Positions 30,451-42,270 of a stretch of 64,000 nt of DNA are shown here, piece after piece. The position numbers were made by a program, and so were the translations under genes. The notes under the pieces are model-generated. The model worked only from the letters and a program-made list of their open reading frames with translations. It was not told the DNA's origin and did no database searches. How positions within the stretch are numbered: the first letter of the stretch is position 1; each line of letters starts with the position of its first letter. This DNA comes from the human T2T-CHM13v2.0 reference genome, Homo sapiens. The stretch lies in assembly GCF_009914755.1 (NCBI RefSeq), contig NC_060927.1; one strand, 5' to 3'.

Positions 30451-32399
30451 TACAGTGGACCCCATCATGGAACAGGGCAAAGGCAAAGGGGCCTGGTCAT
30501 GGGTTATGTGTTGGCTACCCAATGTATCTCCCACAAGGTGGAAAAGCCCTAAAGGCTGTGAGGGACTGAGCCCACAGAGATGAGCATCTCGTCGTTTGGA
30601 GCTCCTTGGAAAGAGGCTTGAACCCCCAGGGGGTGCCTGTTATCCCATCTTAATGTCACCCAAGTCACTAGATAGAAAGAGGAGCTTTATTGAAGGAAGT
30701 GGTTCATTAAGTCCTTTGTCTAAAAACAGGCATAAAAAGGAAATGGGGCAGAGTAGGCAACAGTTCTTAACGTCTTACGAGAATAAAAACCAAAAGCACA
30801 CATTTGAAGAACTTCTGATTGGCAGCTCCAAAGGCAGTAGGAAATAAATCTTTAGAACTTTCTCACATCTGTGGTGTCCACTTTGCTTCTCAGTGATGGG
30901 ACGGTCCCTGAACCTCTTTCAGAAGAAGCTGGGAAGTCCTAGGTCCCTCCACTGCCTCCACCGTGGGCGCAACTTCACGGAGGAAAGCAGGCAGAGGTGC
31001 TGTGGGCAGAGGCCAGGAAGAAGATTCCTGTCAGCTGTGACAGGGACCAGCCTGGGTCCAAGAAGTTGCTTGAAGGCATACTTTTTAAGTTAGTCACTCA
31101 TAAGAGGTTCTGCAAGAGCTCAGTTACCAGAGAAATGTGCTCCTGAGGCCATCCTGAGAGTGATACCAGGACTGGTTCCGTGACGATTGAGCACCTAGAA
31201 CAGGACCTGGAGGGAGGGGTGTGTCCCAGGACCTGGAGGGAGGGGTCAGCTGCAGGCAAGGTCAAGTGGCCCCAACAGTGAAGGCTGACATGCATTGGAA
31301 GGCAGATCACCACTGACTATGCCCAATAGGGAACTGCAAGTTTTGAGTGTTTGGAGCTTATTATAACCAGCAACTCCTGCTCAAAACCCATGCCACCTCA
31401 GGCTAACACCACCTAACTTTTCACTTCTTTGAGGTCACCAGGTCAGAAACACCCCCTGTTTAACTTCGTCTTTGGTATCAGAACAACCAGCTCTCTTCTT
31501 CTGGGATCATGTGATGTGGCCCTTCCCTGATGCAAAAGTCTCTGTGTTGTTTCCTACACTAACAATACACACTTGCAGCATGCTAGCTTCCAGGGCATTT
31601 TCTTCTACAGTCTCTCCCTCTGCATTTGTCTCTGCAAGACAGCTGGATGCTTTCGACGTCTCTCTGGAATAGTCTTTCTTCTGTATACACCAGTGTGCTG
31701 CCAAGGCATTGTTCTGGGTTAATTCAAGTCAGGTGGTAAGTGGTCAAGTAGCGCTGCAGTCTGACTCATAAGGAACACATGCATTTTGACATATAGTCCA
31801 CATGTAATATACAAGGTCAACTATTTCATCCATATAAGAAAAATAAAATTTTCACATAGAAAAAGCTACATTTTAAGAATACTGCAGTCAACACTGAATT
31901 AAATGACTAAATTGTTCACATTAAAATGGTTAAATTTATGTTATGTAAATTTCAACTCCTTAAGAAAAATACTGTCTTACCAAAGTATACTTTCTAACTT
32001 CATGAAGTACTTTTACTATCTATCAACTTTTCTTCTTCCACCCCTGTGGGCCAGAAATACAGAAACAGCCAGTTGTCTTTTCTCAGAGAAGGAAACCTTA
32101 GCCACATAGAAGGCATGGCTTGCCAACCAGAGGACACTGAGCAACAAAGAACTCCAGTGTGTTGGCTCCTGGCCAGTGCTCAGCAGATGCAAGTTCCAAA
32201 TCGAGTCACTCAAGGCATGGTTCTTTCATGACACCAAGGTCAGCAAAGGAAGCAAAAGCATCATCACATGACATAGAGGCCGCCATCTCTTCCTCTCCAT
32301 ATTTGTTTGACTTGAGGAAGGAGTTTATGTCTCAGAAGCAGTATGGTAGGAGACTGTGTGTGCAGTTAAGATCCATTTTGCTGTCTGATCCGTTTCTCA

Positions 32400-32745
32400 A
32401 ATGTTTTTACTTTTTAGTTTTCTAAGTGTATAATTCAGTATTTTATAATTACTGTATATTGAAAAGTTGTACAACCACCAGTACTAATTTCAGAACATTT
32501 TCATCAGCCCCAAATAAATCCTGTGCCTATCAGCAGCCACTCCCCATCTCTCTTCCCCCCAGCCCCTGGTGACCACCTTTCTACTTTCTGTCTCTATAGA
32601 TATTCCTATTCTGGACATTTCATATAAATAGAATCCTATAATCAGTGGCTTTTTGTGTCTGGCTTCTTTCGCTTAGCATAATGTGTCAAGGTTCATCCGT
32701 GTTATAGCATGAGTCAGTACTTCATTCCTTTTTATAGTCATCTAA
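32400..32745 (-). mobile_element. L1MB fragment
   Basis: ttcagaacattttcatcagcccc...ctactttctgtctctataga...ctggacatttcatataaat...ctggcttctttcgcttagcataatg. Confidence 0.88.
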
Positions 32746-33778
32746 GTCATTTATGAGCCCCCAGCGATTCTTCCTGTTGCTTCTCTCCTGTTAGCTATGA
32801 GGATAAGAGGACAGAGGGAACCAGAGTCAGGGCAACAGAAGACAGCCCTCATCCTGGTAGTGCCCAGAGAGAAACAGACTCCTCAGGAACATCACTAACA
32901 TCCCCAACAATCTTCTGGTAAGAGATATGAAAGGACTAGTAGGTCAGAATCATTAGCAAACAGTCTTGACTACACAGGTCCATGCACAGCATGCAATTCA
33001 GTACAGCCCCAGGCCATTTTCAAGGCAGCAACCCCTGCAAACTCTCCAGACAACCACGTAGCCAGACCTGCCACTTACACAAAGGTAAGGTCCGGCATCA
33101 TGCAAAAAGAATCATCCACCTGACCCCCTCCTACAAGCTTTCAGGAGCTCCCTCTTAGACTGCTGAGTCATAGTACAACTATTCTTCAGTGTTCTCTTCT
33201 CCTTTGAGTACAAGGTAGACAAGGAATGATCATGCCTGTTTGTAGAAGAAGAAGTGGAGTCCCAGTAACGGCAAGTGACCAGTATTCATTTATGACAGGT
33301 GACAGAAGTGAAATGAGAGGTCCTATCACTGCTCCGGGTATACCAAATGGATGTACAAGAAGGTCGGCTAACTAAACTCTCCTTCCACGGAAAAAGCAAG
33401 AGAAAAATTACAGTCAATTCTCAACTGTCCAGATTTGAGGACATATATAAACCCAAGCTGTATTCTTCCTGCCACCGGACCGCGTCTTCTTTTTCTGTAA
33501 TTATATAGCATGTACCCAGAACACAACCTACATTAACAGCAAAACATCACAGGATGGTCAACTTGCAGCGTCCTCCCCACCCCCAAGTTCTCCAGCACAG
33601 ACCAAAGCCCATCACAAACAAAAGAAAGAGAAAAGTGGCACAGGTTCGTTTTACATGAAGGTCCAAAAGAAAATTGAGCCTTCTATTAGATCCAGCCGGC
33701 CCAGGAAAAGGCTTGACAAGGAGCAGCGGCCCCTGCCCATCCTTCCCCACAGCCTCCCCATCCAGCCACACTTCTTAC

Positions 33779-33943
33779 CCGCCCTTCGAACTTGGCGGTG
33801 GCTCCTTCTTTGATGCAGAGGTTCCGAGGGGGCAAAATGAAAGCAGGGGCCTCTGTCAGGGGCATGGAGTCAACTCTTGAGGGATCCACACTGAGGGAGG
33901 TTTTGGAAATGTGTGACGAGGCAACCAGCTTCACATCCCCCAT
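33779..33943 (-). CDS. MYLK: Myosin light chain kinase, long isoform, first coding exon (aa 1-55; N-terminal peptide plus start of first Ig I-set domain)
   Basis: Translation MGDVKLVASSHISKTSLSVDPSRVDSMPLTEAPAFILPPRNLCIKEGATAKFEGR matches the human long MLCK N-terminus as I recall it. ATG at 33943 is in a strong Kozak context (ACCATGG). The CDS part is 165 nt and ends in phase 0 at donor CGG|GTAAGA. PAFILPPRNLCIKEGATAKF is a typical I-set Ig opening. Confidence 0.97.
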
Positions 33944-33978
33944 GGTCTGCAAAAAGGAAGGAAGAGGACAAGGTCAGA
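33944..33978 (-). other. MYLK: 3' splice site of the MYLK ATG exon (3 nt of 5'UTR, AG, polypyrimidine tract, branch point)
   Basis: Minus strand reads tctgac cttgtcctcttccttcctttttgcag|ACCATGG. AG is at 33948-33947 and a CTGAC branch-point candidate has its A near 33974. Confidence 0.9.
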
Positions 33979-34914
33979 TCAGACAAAGCACAGCCCTGTC
34001 TTCCCTTCAGGCATCAGGTGTGTCCAGTCTGGAGGTGTGGCTTTTACGTGGAGCAGATCCCCAGTTAGGTCAGTGTCCACCCACAGCTCCTCTGTGAAGA
34101 TGAGAGGCTCTGTCTTTTATACACAAAGTGCCAGGACAAGGCAGAGCCCATCCCAGACAAACACTCCGGTTCCCAGGGCGATGCCCTGCCTCCTCAAAAC
34201 CCTGTGGGGAACTTTCCATCTTTTCACTGACCCCTTCTTCTAGGAAAGGGGAAGCTGGGGACAAGAATGGAGAAATAGTTCTTATAATAGATATCTATAA
34301 TCTGTATTTAATAGTCACTAACTCTTCAGGACCAACATCTACATTAAGCACTTCTGGCAGAAAGTAGAAACTGCTTTAGCCTGAACTGCAAGAGCTCACA
34401 GGCTATAGAAAAATGGGATCCATACTCCAAGAGAGGAAGGTAGTTTGGGGTTAATATGGCAAGGACCCTGGGTGAGGTAAAGGGAGAGTCTTGGCTGAAT
34501 GAAGGGAAGGAGGTAGGCATGGGGGGACATCCCACCTCTGAGGACCAGATTGTGAACAAGGCTCCAAGATCACAGATCATCAGAGAAGGGGGGTGTTTTC
34601 AGATTACCCAGGCTAATGCCTCTGCTTATAACTGAAGCCCAGAGAGGGTAAGTCACTTGCCCCAGGAGACAGAGCAAAATGATGGTATCACTGACAAGAA
34701 CACCTTAAGCCCTGACTCCTGGTCCAGGGCCTGCTGGGGACTAGATAAGATGTGACTGGGGCTGGCAAGGGTAGCAGAACAAGGGGCTGACATGAGAAGT
34801 AACAGACGACTACTCATTAGAGCGATCGTCAACTCTTTTGTGATATTTTATTATTCTTAATTTTAAATACATTTCATCATAAAACTTGAAAATTACCAAT
34901 ATGTAAAAATAATA

Positions 34915-35130
34915 AGTTATCATTTATTGAGAATACATTCTGTTCCAGGCACTGTATCAAGCACTTTTTATATTATCTCATTTGTTTTAATCCTCAGAAC
35001 AACCCCATGAAGTATGTATAGTCATCATTTCGCAAATAAAGAAGCTGAGGTCAGACAGGTGGAATAACTTGCCCATTACACAGCTATTGAGTGGCAGAAG
35101 TGGAAGTTAAACCCAGGCAGGCTCCAGAGC
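34915..35130 (-). mobile_element. MIR
   Basis: catttattgag...ccaggcactgt...aatcctcagaacaaccccatgaag...gctgaggtcaga..aacttgccca. Confidence 0.75.
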
Positions 35131-36234
35131 TCTTTTAAAATGTGAAAATGTGAACCTGAAATAAAAGTTTTTTAAGTGAAAATATCCATAATTCTATTAT
35201 ACAGAATGGTGGTACATTTCCCTCCAATTTTGTTTTTATCAATATAGAAAAACACATATCTTACATGGTTGAAAGCATACTATGTAAACAATGTTTTCTA
35301 TTTTTTCCCTACAACTTTTCTTAAAATAAGGGGGAAAAGTTGCTTTTAAGAAATTTGATTTTCAAATATCCATCATATTGATGTATGACTTACATAACTA
35401 TCTCCCTACTGCTGGCCATTTGGATAGTTTCTAAATCTTTTATGATGCCCGGTGATGAGTCTATGTGTACTGAAATCTATGCCTGAATTCCTAAAGATTT
35501 CCTTACAAATGACTCCAAAAGTGGAATTATTATAAGTACATATCTGAGTTCTTGATTGAAAGCAAGAGAAGCTAAATCTGGCTCTTGTAAACAGAGAAAG
35601 GATTTGTTGGAAAGATGGTGGAGTTTCAGGGGGAGTTTCCAAAATCCATAGAAAAATCTGAAGAACCAGGCTGGGAAAACGTTGCAGTTGAGAAGAGCTA
35701 GGTGGTCGGACTCCAGTCAAGGCCATTGGACAACAACTGCCACCACCTGGAATACACCCAAAGTGTCCCTGTCCCAGGTTCCAAGTGCAGGTGGGGACAG
35801 ATCCAGGCTGACGATCAGTTCTTACCACAAAATCCCTGATGACTGGCCCAGACGTGGGGCACACATCTGCTGAACTGAAGAGAAGCCATATTCCTAGATT
35901 TGCTTTTCTGTTCATTTTCTTTGGCTGTCTGGTCACATACTTAAGTCCTATGCTGTGAGTCAGGTAAACTGACACAAATGAACAATGCTCTCTGGGACAT
36001 GTAATTAGTTTGTTTAAATTTAATAATCTCTAACAAAAATAAAATGGGGATATCTCTTTTGAAGTTCAAGTGAAAGCAGCAAAGGGACTAGGCTCATTTG
36101 TAATAGGGCACATCCCCTGCTTGATAAACCCAGCTTTCTCTTTCACTGATAAGATATTAGCTTTGCAAACAAAATTCCTTGCTGAATGGTAAGACTCACA
36201 GGTTCCCTGCAGTAGGTAGCAATAAAAGCAAACA

Positions 36235-36495
36235 CTTCTGTAGCACTTACTAGATGTGGGGAACTCTTCCAAGCCCTTTATAAATAATAAATATAAATAA
36301 TAAATAGCTCATTTGCTCCTTACAACAACACTATGAGACAGATAATCTTGGTATCCCCATTTTGTGGATTAGACACCTGAGGCACAGTGAGATTGAGAAA
36401 TTTGTCCAAGTTCATGCATTTAGTAGGGGGCAGAACAGGCATTTGAACCCAAGCACCTGGCGCCAGAGCTGCTATTCTTAACCACTAGGCCCTCT
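36235..36495 (-). mobile_element. MIR
   Basis: cctgaggcacag..ga..ttgtccaag...tttgaacccaag...cttaaccacta. Confidence 0.75.
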
Positions 36496-39400
36496 TGCCT
36501 CCTGTAAGCAGTCAAATTGGCTGATGGGAAAGGAAAAGTAAAAGTTGGGATAACAAGGGGAAAAGTTGAGAGCCGCTACCACATATGTATAAAATTAAAA
36601 TATTCTGTAATACTATCAACAACATTAGAAGATGGGTGATAACCTGGAATAAAATGTTTGCACCAAACAAAGGTCTTTACATATCAGAAGAAAGCAGCCC
36701 AACAGATCAATGGACGGATGATATGACCTGAACAATGCACAGAGGATGTACCACTGAACACTCTTGGCTCCGACAATAATCCAAGAGTGCAAATTAAGAA
36801 TAAGCTGTTACTTTTTAAAAATGAACCAAAACATTTCATTTAAATGACATTTAAAAAGAAACATAACATATACTGCTGGTGAGACCATGATGAGATGGGC
36901 ATGCTCATACCCTCTGTGGGGAATAAAAACTGGTGTAGTCTTTCTGGAAAGCAATTTGGTAAAAAGATTCTAAAAAATACTTCCATGTCTTTTCCCAATA
37001 ATCCTACATTTAGAAATATATTATTGGGAAAGAATCAGAGATACAGCCCAAAATTTATTTATAAGAACACTATTTGCATTATTTAGGACAGAAGATAGAC
37101 TATATTTTAAAAAATCCAACAGTGAGAACTGGTCAAATACAGTGGAATACCAGGTGGTTTTATGGGTACATATTTACAGGGAAAATAATGATAAGAATTT
37201 GATGATATAGAAATTTTAAATTTAAAAAATTATTATGGGAAATTTCAAACATACAGAACAGTAGAATTGAATGATAAAATGAGCACCCCAAATACCTATC
37301 ACCTAGATTTAACAATTAACATTTTGCCATATTTATAGCATCTATAGCATTTATAGCATATAGTATATGTTTGTAGAACCATTTAAAAGCAGTCATACTA
37401 CAATTTTAATGGCGAGCATCAAGATATATTCATTCACTCAATTAAAATATATTTACTAAATATCTACCATGGGCCAAGCTAGAGACTTGGTATATAGCAG
37501 CAGTTACATGAGTGGGGCATGTGTGTTGTTGTTTGTGTGGCGACCGTAGAAACACAGGGCTGCGGAAGGAATGGGCATCATCTGATATCCCACATAGCTA
37601 CCCAGGACCACACCCCAGTAAGAACACTGCTCCCTGTGCCCTCCTCCTCTGCCACAGAGGTGAAGTGATGATACACTGTGCAGCCAGGACCGGGTAGAGA
37701 CTTGGGATGAAGGTGGGGACAGGTATCATGAGGATCAGACTTTTGTGACCCTGCCACAAACCCGGGGACACGGCCACTTTCCAGCTGTGAGCTGGGCAAG
37801 GTGCTCCAACCCTCTTGGCTTCAGTCTCTTTCTCTGTCAAATGGAATGATCATATCAGCCTCATAAAGTTGAAGGGAAGGTTTGAACGAGAGTGTATGTA
37901 ACACCCATAATATAGCATAAAAGGCATTCAATAGCAGTGGCTGTCAACATCATTATCATCCAGTTCCCAAAGGGATGCCCGTCTCTCCACCCTGAATATA
38001 GATATAGACCCTTTCACCAAAGACAGCAAGAAGCCCCAGATATCTTCAGGCAAGGGTCTATGAGTGAGATGACTGGAAAACAGTAGCAGGAAGCAGATGG
38101 CAGAATTCCCTGGGAAGGTGGGGAGGAGGGCCTGAGGCCCATGGGCAGCTTCCCGCAGCACCTTTGTGTCTGTACTAGCAGCACCATTTAATAAGCAAGG
38201 TGTACGTGCTGACATCATGCTGGGCACCCATCTCAATCAGAAAGAGCAGTTCTAATGATCACCCCTTCACAAATGAAGACATAGAGGCTTAGAAAGCCAA
38301 CTACTCTTGTCTAAGGTCACACAGCTAAAAAGTGAAAACCAAATCAAGGTCTGATTACAAAGTCAAAATCTGCTGGCTTCTCGGAGGCCCCCACATCTCA
38401 AATGAGGTATTTCTTGCCATCCCCAGTAATGAGAGATGCAATAGGCAGAGGGTTGGGAGTTGTACAGAGGAAGAGGGGCAGAGCATGTGCCTCCCCCTTC
38501 TGCTGTCAGGCCTGGCTTTGAAGACACAAGACTCTTCTCTACCTTTGCTTTCAGGGGAGCTGGAAGCTAGGAGTGGTGAGATCCTCCTGGAAGGTAGGAG
38601 TGGCTCAGGACCCTCTGTGCAAGTCCTCTTGATCTAAAATCAGAGGCCCATGGAAATCTCCTGAAGGCCCCAGATGTTCTCATCAAAAGGCACCTGCTTG
38701 ATCTCAACAGCACATTAGACAGGAGTCATCCATCCCTAGGAGAGGTCTGGCTTCAGGTTAGAAAAGGAACACGCAAATCAATACAGCAAGGGAACATCTA
38801 GTCCCTTGCAAAGTGCTTTTGTGGGGGAGAGTTACTCAACTACCATGCGGACAGGACCAGAGCCCAGCCACACCAAACAGCTCTGCTCACCCTCAGCCCA
38901 TCGCCCCACCCACTGCCATCATCAGCATAAACAGATCTCTGCCACACAATTAATGGTTACTGACATATGTGGAATGCTCTATCAGAAAAAAAATTAATAA
39001 TAAAGTAAATTAGACCAAACCTCGTTCCTCTCTAATCCCTTGTCAAGCCTGTGGACTATATTCCAATCAAGAAAACCAGAGAGGTTGGGTGATTTCTACA
39101 ATAATTTCTCTAATGCAGAGCAATGCTCAGTGGCTAGAATCAAACACACCCAGCTAGGGGGTCTTATTCAATACAAGCTAAACACAGATCAAAGGGGAAA
39201 CACAGAGAAGTAAGAAGAAAAAACAGGGGAGAGGGTCAAAAAGAGCAGTGGTTCAAGAGCTGGAAACTCCCCCTTACCCCCCTTACCCCTCACCCCTCAC
39301 CCCCTGATGCTTGGGCCAACGCCCACCTCTAAATGAGGCTTTCACAAGTAACATAATTTATTAACTATTTGAAGCAGCATTGAGTTAACTGGACTTTAAT

Positions 39401-39840
39401 TTGATCAAAAGCACTTTAAATTGTCTCTTGAACCCAGAAAGGAACACTTTCAACTACAGCGAAAAGAGATTGCAACTATAAGGCAAATGACTCAGAAAAA
39501 AAGTTTAAAAAATCAGGGCTCAAGTAATACCACAGAACAAGTTTAGAGAAACCAGTTATCCCCTTCCCTACCCAAAGTGTATACATTTTAAATGATCATT
39601 GTCTTGAAGCACCTGGTCAGTTTGCCGGGCATCTTGGAAATATCATACCTTCCCTAGAGGGAGGGGCTCCCAAGCAGGCTCCGCAGTCTACCGTGAACCC
39701 TACCTCCAACAACAGCACACATCAGAGGCAGCAAAACCACCCACGTGCAAATGCCCCAGGCACTGACAGCTCCCTCTCCCACCTTAATCCTCTCTGCAAT
39801 GCACTCAAATCCTGACAAGTTCTCTAATCACTCCTAATTC

Positions 39841-40200
39841 CGGAGTGCGCTGCTCCTCGGCTGTGCCAGGCTGACTTGCTATGACCTACCGGAGCAAAGC
39901 TGGGCAGGACCACACACCAGTGAACGGGACACACCTTACCGCAGCTTCTTCCTCGGCAGCTCTCACATGAGTCAGGATGCGAGGCAGCCACACTTCACCA
40001 CCACCGTACTGCAGAGGTTCCTGTCCAAGGTCCAGCCAAGAATGGAGACCGAAGGAGTGCCGGGCGCCACAGAGCCCAGGGCCAGACCGAAAAAGTTAAG
40101 GGGCTTTTGTTCTGACTCTGCTCGCAGATGGTGCAATTTGCCTTCCGCTGAGCAGCCAACTTCACCCGGTCCGGGAGATCTGTTGTTCTAATCCGCCCAG
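39841..40200 (-). promoter_or_regulatory. CpG-enriched patch; candidate alternative promoter / first exon of MYLK
   Basis: About 18 CpG in 360 bp of non-repeat DNA; GC box at 40193-40198; AP-1 TGAGTCA at 39968-39974; minus-strand donor GCG|GTAAGG after 39940. Confidence 0.5.
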
Positions 40201-40930
40201 CTGGGGTGACCTTTGAAACCTCTGGCTGCCACTGCAGAGGCTCTCAATGGAGTCCTGGGGGAGCCAGGGGTGGAAGCTCACAGGTTTTTATTTTTACTTG
40301 TTCAGAGCTGCAGATTCTAATCTGAGTGTGGAGCAAAGGGAGGACCCTGTCAAGCAGAGAGCTGAGTCCTCGGAGGGGCTGGGCACTCTCCCAATTCCAC
40401 ATCTGGCCTGGAACACCACTCCAACCCCTTGGCACATCTGGCCTGGGATTACCACCCAGGGATCATAAGATATTTCCTCCTGAGACCCAGCTCTTTCTTC
40501 CCTAAGCTGAAGAAGCCCTGTTTATGATCCCTAGAGCAGGATGCAAGCCCAGCAAGCAGATGGATGGAGAACTCCTGTGCTGTGTTTCTCATAAGGAACT
40601 GCACTGATGAGGCCCAGACTCCACAGACTGTGTTCATGTTGAGCACGACTTTGCCTCGTTGGTCCAGAGCCCTGGAGAGCTTCAGGAATGATCCTTGGAG
40701 CACTCCTCTAAAATGAGGCAGCAAGGTGATGCCCTGTCCAGACCTTTTCCTCCAGCAAGAGAAGGTATTTTCATAGTTCCAAAGGAACATCCTATGCAAC
40801 TCACACCTTGGGGCAGACTGTGGACATCCGAATCGGCAATGACATGAATTTAAGTTTTCCCTTGATTCATATCTGATTCTTGAAGAGCTGGTATTCTTTT
40901 AACACCTAGGAGACCCCCTACCTGCTTTCC

Positions 40931-41399
40931 CAGTAGTTCTCAAACATTTTTGTCTCAGGGTGGGCCCCATTATGCTTCTAAAAATTATTGAGGGCCCCCA
41001 GAGAGCTTTTGTTTGTGAGTTACTGCTGTCAATATTTACAGTATTGGAAATTAAAACTGGGAAATATTAATTCATTTTAAAACATCAATAAGCCCATTAT
41101 AGGCTAACATAAATAACATTTTAAGAGAAAAATATATTTTCTAAGACAAAAAAGAATTTAATGAGAAGAGTTGCTCCTTTTTGCAAATTAATGTCTGGCT
41201 AGTAGAAAACAGCTAAATTTTCATATCTGCTTTTGCATCCAATCTATTGTGACATCACAGCTACTAGAAAACTCCACTGTACGCTTGAAAGAGAATGAGA
41301 GTGAAATAAAGTAAATGATGTTTTCTTACAAAAATAACTTGGACCTCAAGGGACCCTGGAAGAGTCTCAGGGACATCCAGGGCACATTTTGAGAACCAC
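40931..41399 (-). mobile_element. Charlie1-family (Charlie1b-like) hAT element
   Basis: Terminal inverted repeats cagtagttctcaaa ... tttgagaaccac; aaaaattattgagg..ccc.agagcttttgttt and gaaattaaaactg motifs. Confidence 0.8.
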
Positions 41400-41489
41400 C
41401 ACATTAGCCTATCTCCCTACTCTCTCTGTTACCATCTACTCTCATTTCTGTCCTTCTTAAAATACACAAGGAGAAAGGGAAAAGTGGTC

Positions 41490-42270
41490 TTCTTTATTTT
41501 TTAACTTTTACTTTATTTTCCCTTTAAAAAAAACTTTTATTCTAGAGTAAGGGAGTACATGTGCAGGTTTATTACAAAGGTAGATTACATGATACTGAGG
41601 CTTGGGGTATGATTAAACCCATCACCCAGGTAGGGAGCATAGTACCCAACAGATAGTTTTTCAGCCCTTGCTCCCCTCCCTTTTCCCTCCTCTAGCAATC
41701 CCTAGAGTGTCTATTGTTCTGTTTTTATGTTCATGTATACCTCATGTTTAGCTTCCACTTACAAGTGAGAACATGTGGTATTTGTTTTTCTGTTTCTGTG
41801 TTAGTTTGCTTAGGATAATGGCCTCCAGCTATACCCATGTTGCTGCAAAGGACATGATTTCATTCTTTTTTATGGCTGCATAATAGTCTATGGTGTATAT
41901 GTGCCACATTTTCTTTATCTGCTCCACCATTGATAGGCACCTAGTTTGATTCCATGTCTTTGCTATTGGGAATAGCACTGTGAAGAACATACAGATGTAT
42001 GTGTCCTTATGATAGAATGATTTATCTTTCTTTGACTATATACCCAGTAATGAGATTGCTGGGTCTAACGGTAGTTCAACTCCTAGTTCTTTGAGGAATC
42101 TCCAAACTGCCCCAGTGGCTGGACTAATTTACACTCTCACCATGTAATAATGTATAAGTGTCTTTCTTTTTTTCTCCACAGCCTTGCCAACATTTGTTAT
42201 TTTGGACTTTTAAACAAAAGCCATTCTGACTGATGTCAGATGGTACCTCATGATAGTTCTGATTTGCATC
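41490..42270 (-). mobile_element. L1PA15/16-like 3' fragment
   Basis: gtacatgtgcaggttt...cccatcacccaggta..gagcatagtacccaa...gtgagaacatgtggtatttg...tacccagtaatgagattgctggg...gccattctgact. Confidence 0.9.

Noticed and set aside
33686-33952. 88-aa ORF taken as a complete gene
   Set aside because: Only aa MGDVK...FEGR are exonic; the ends are intron read-through past the splice sites at 33947 and 33778.
35406-35975. 189-aa minus-strand ORF
   Set aside because: Runs through decayed LTR/L1-like sequence and has no protein-like features.
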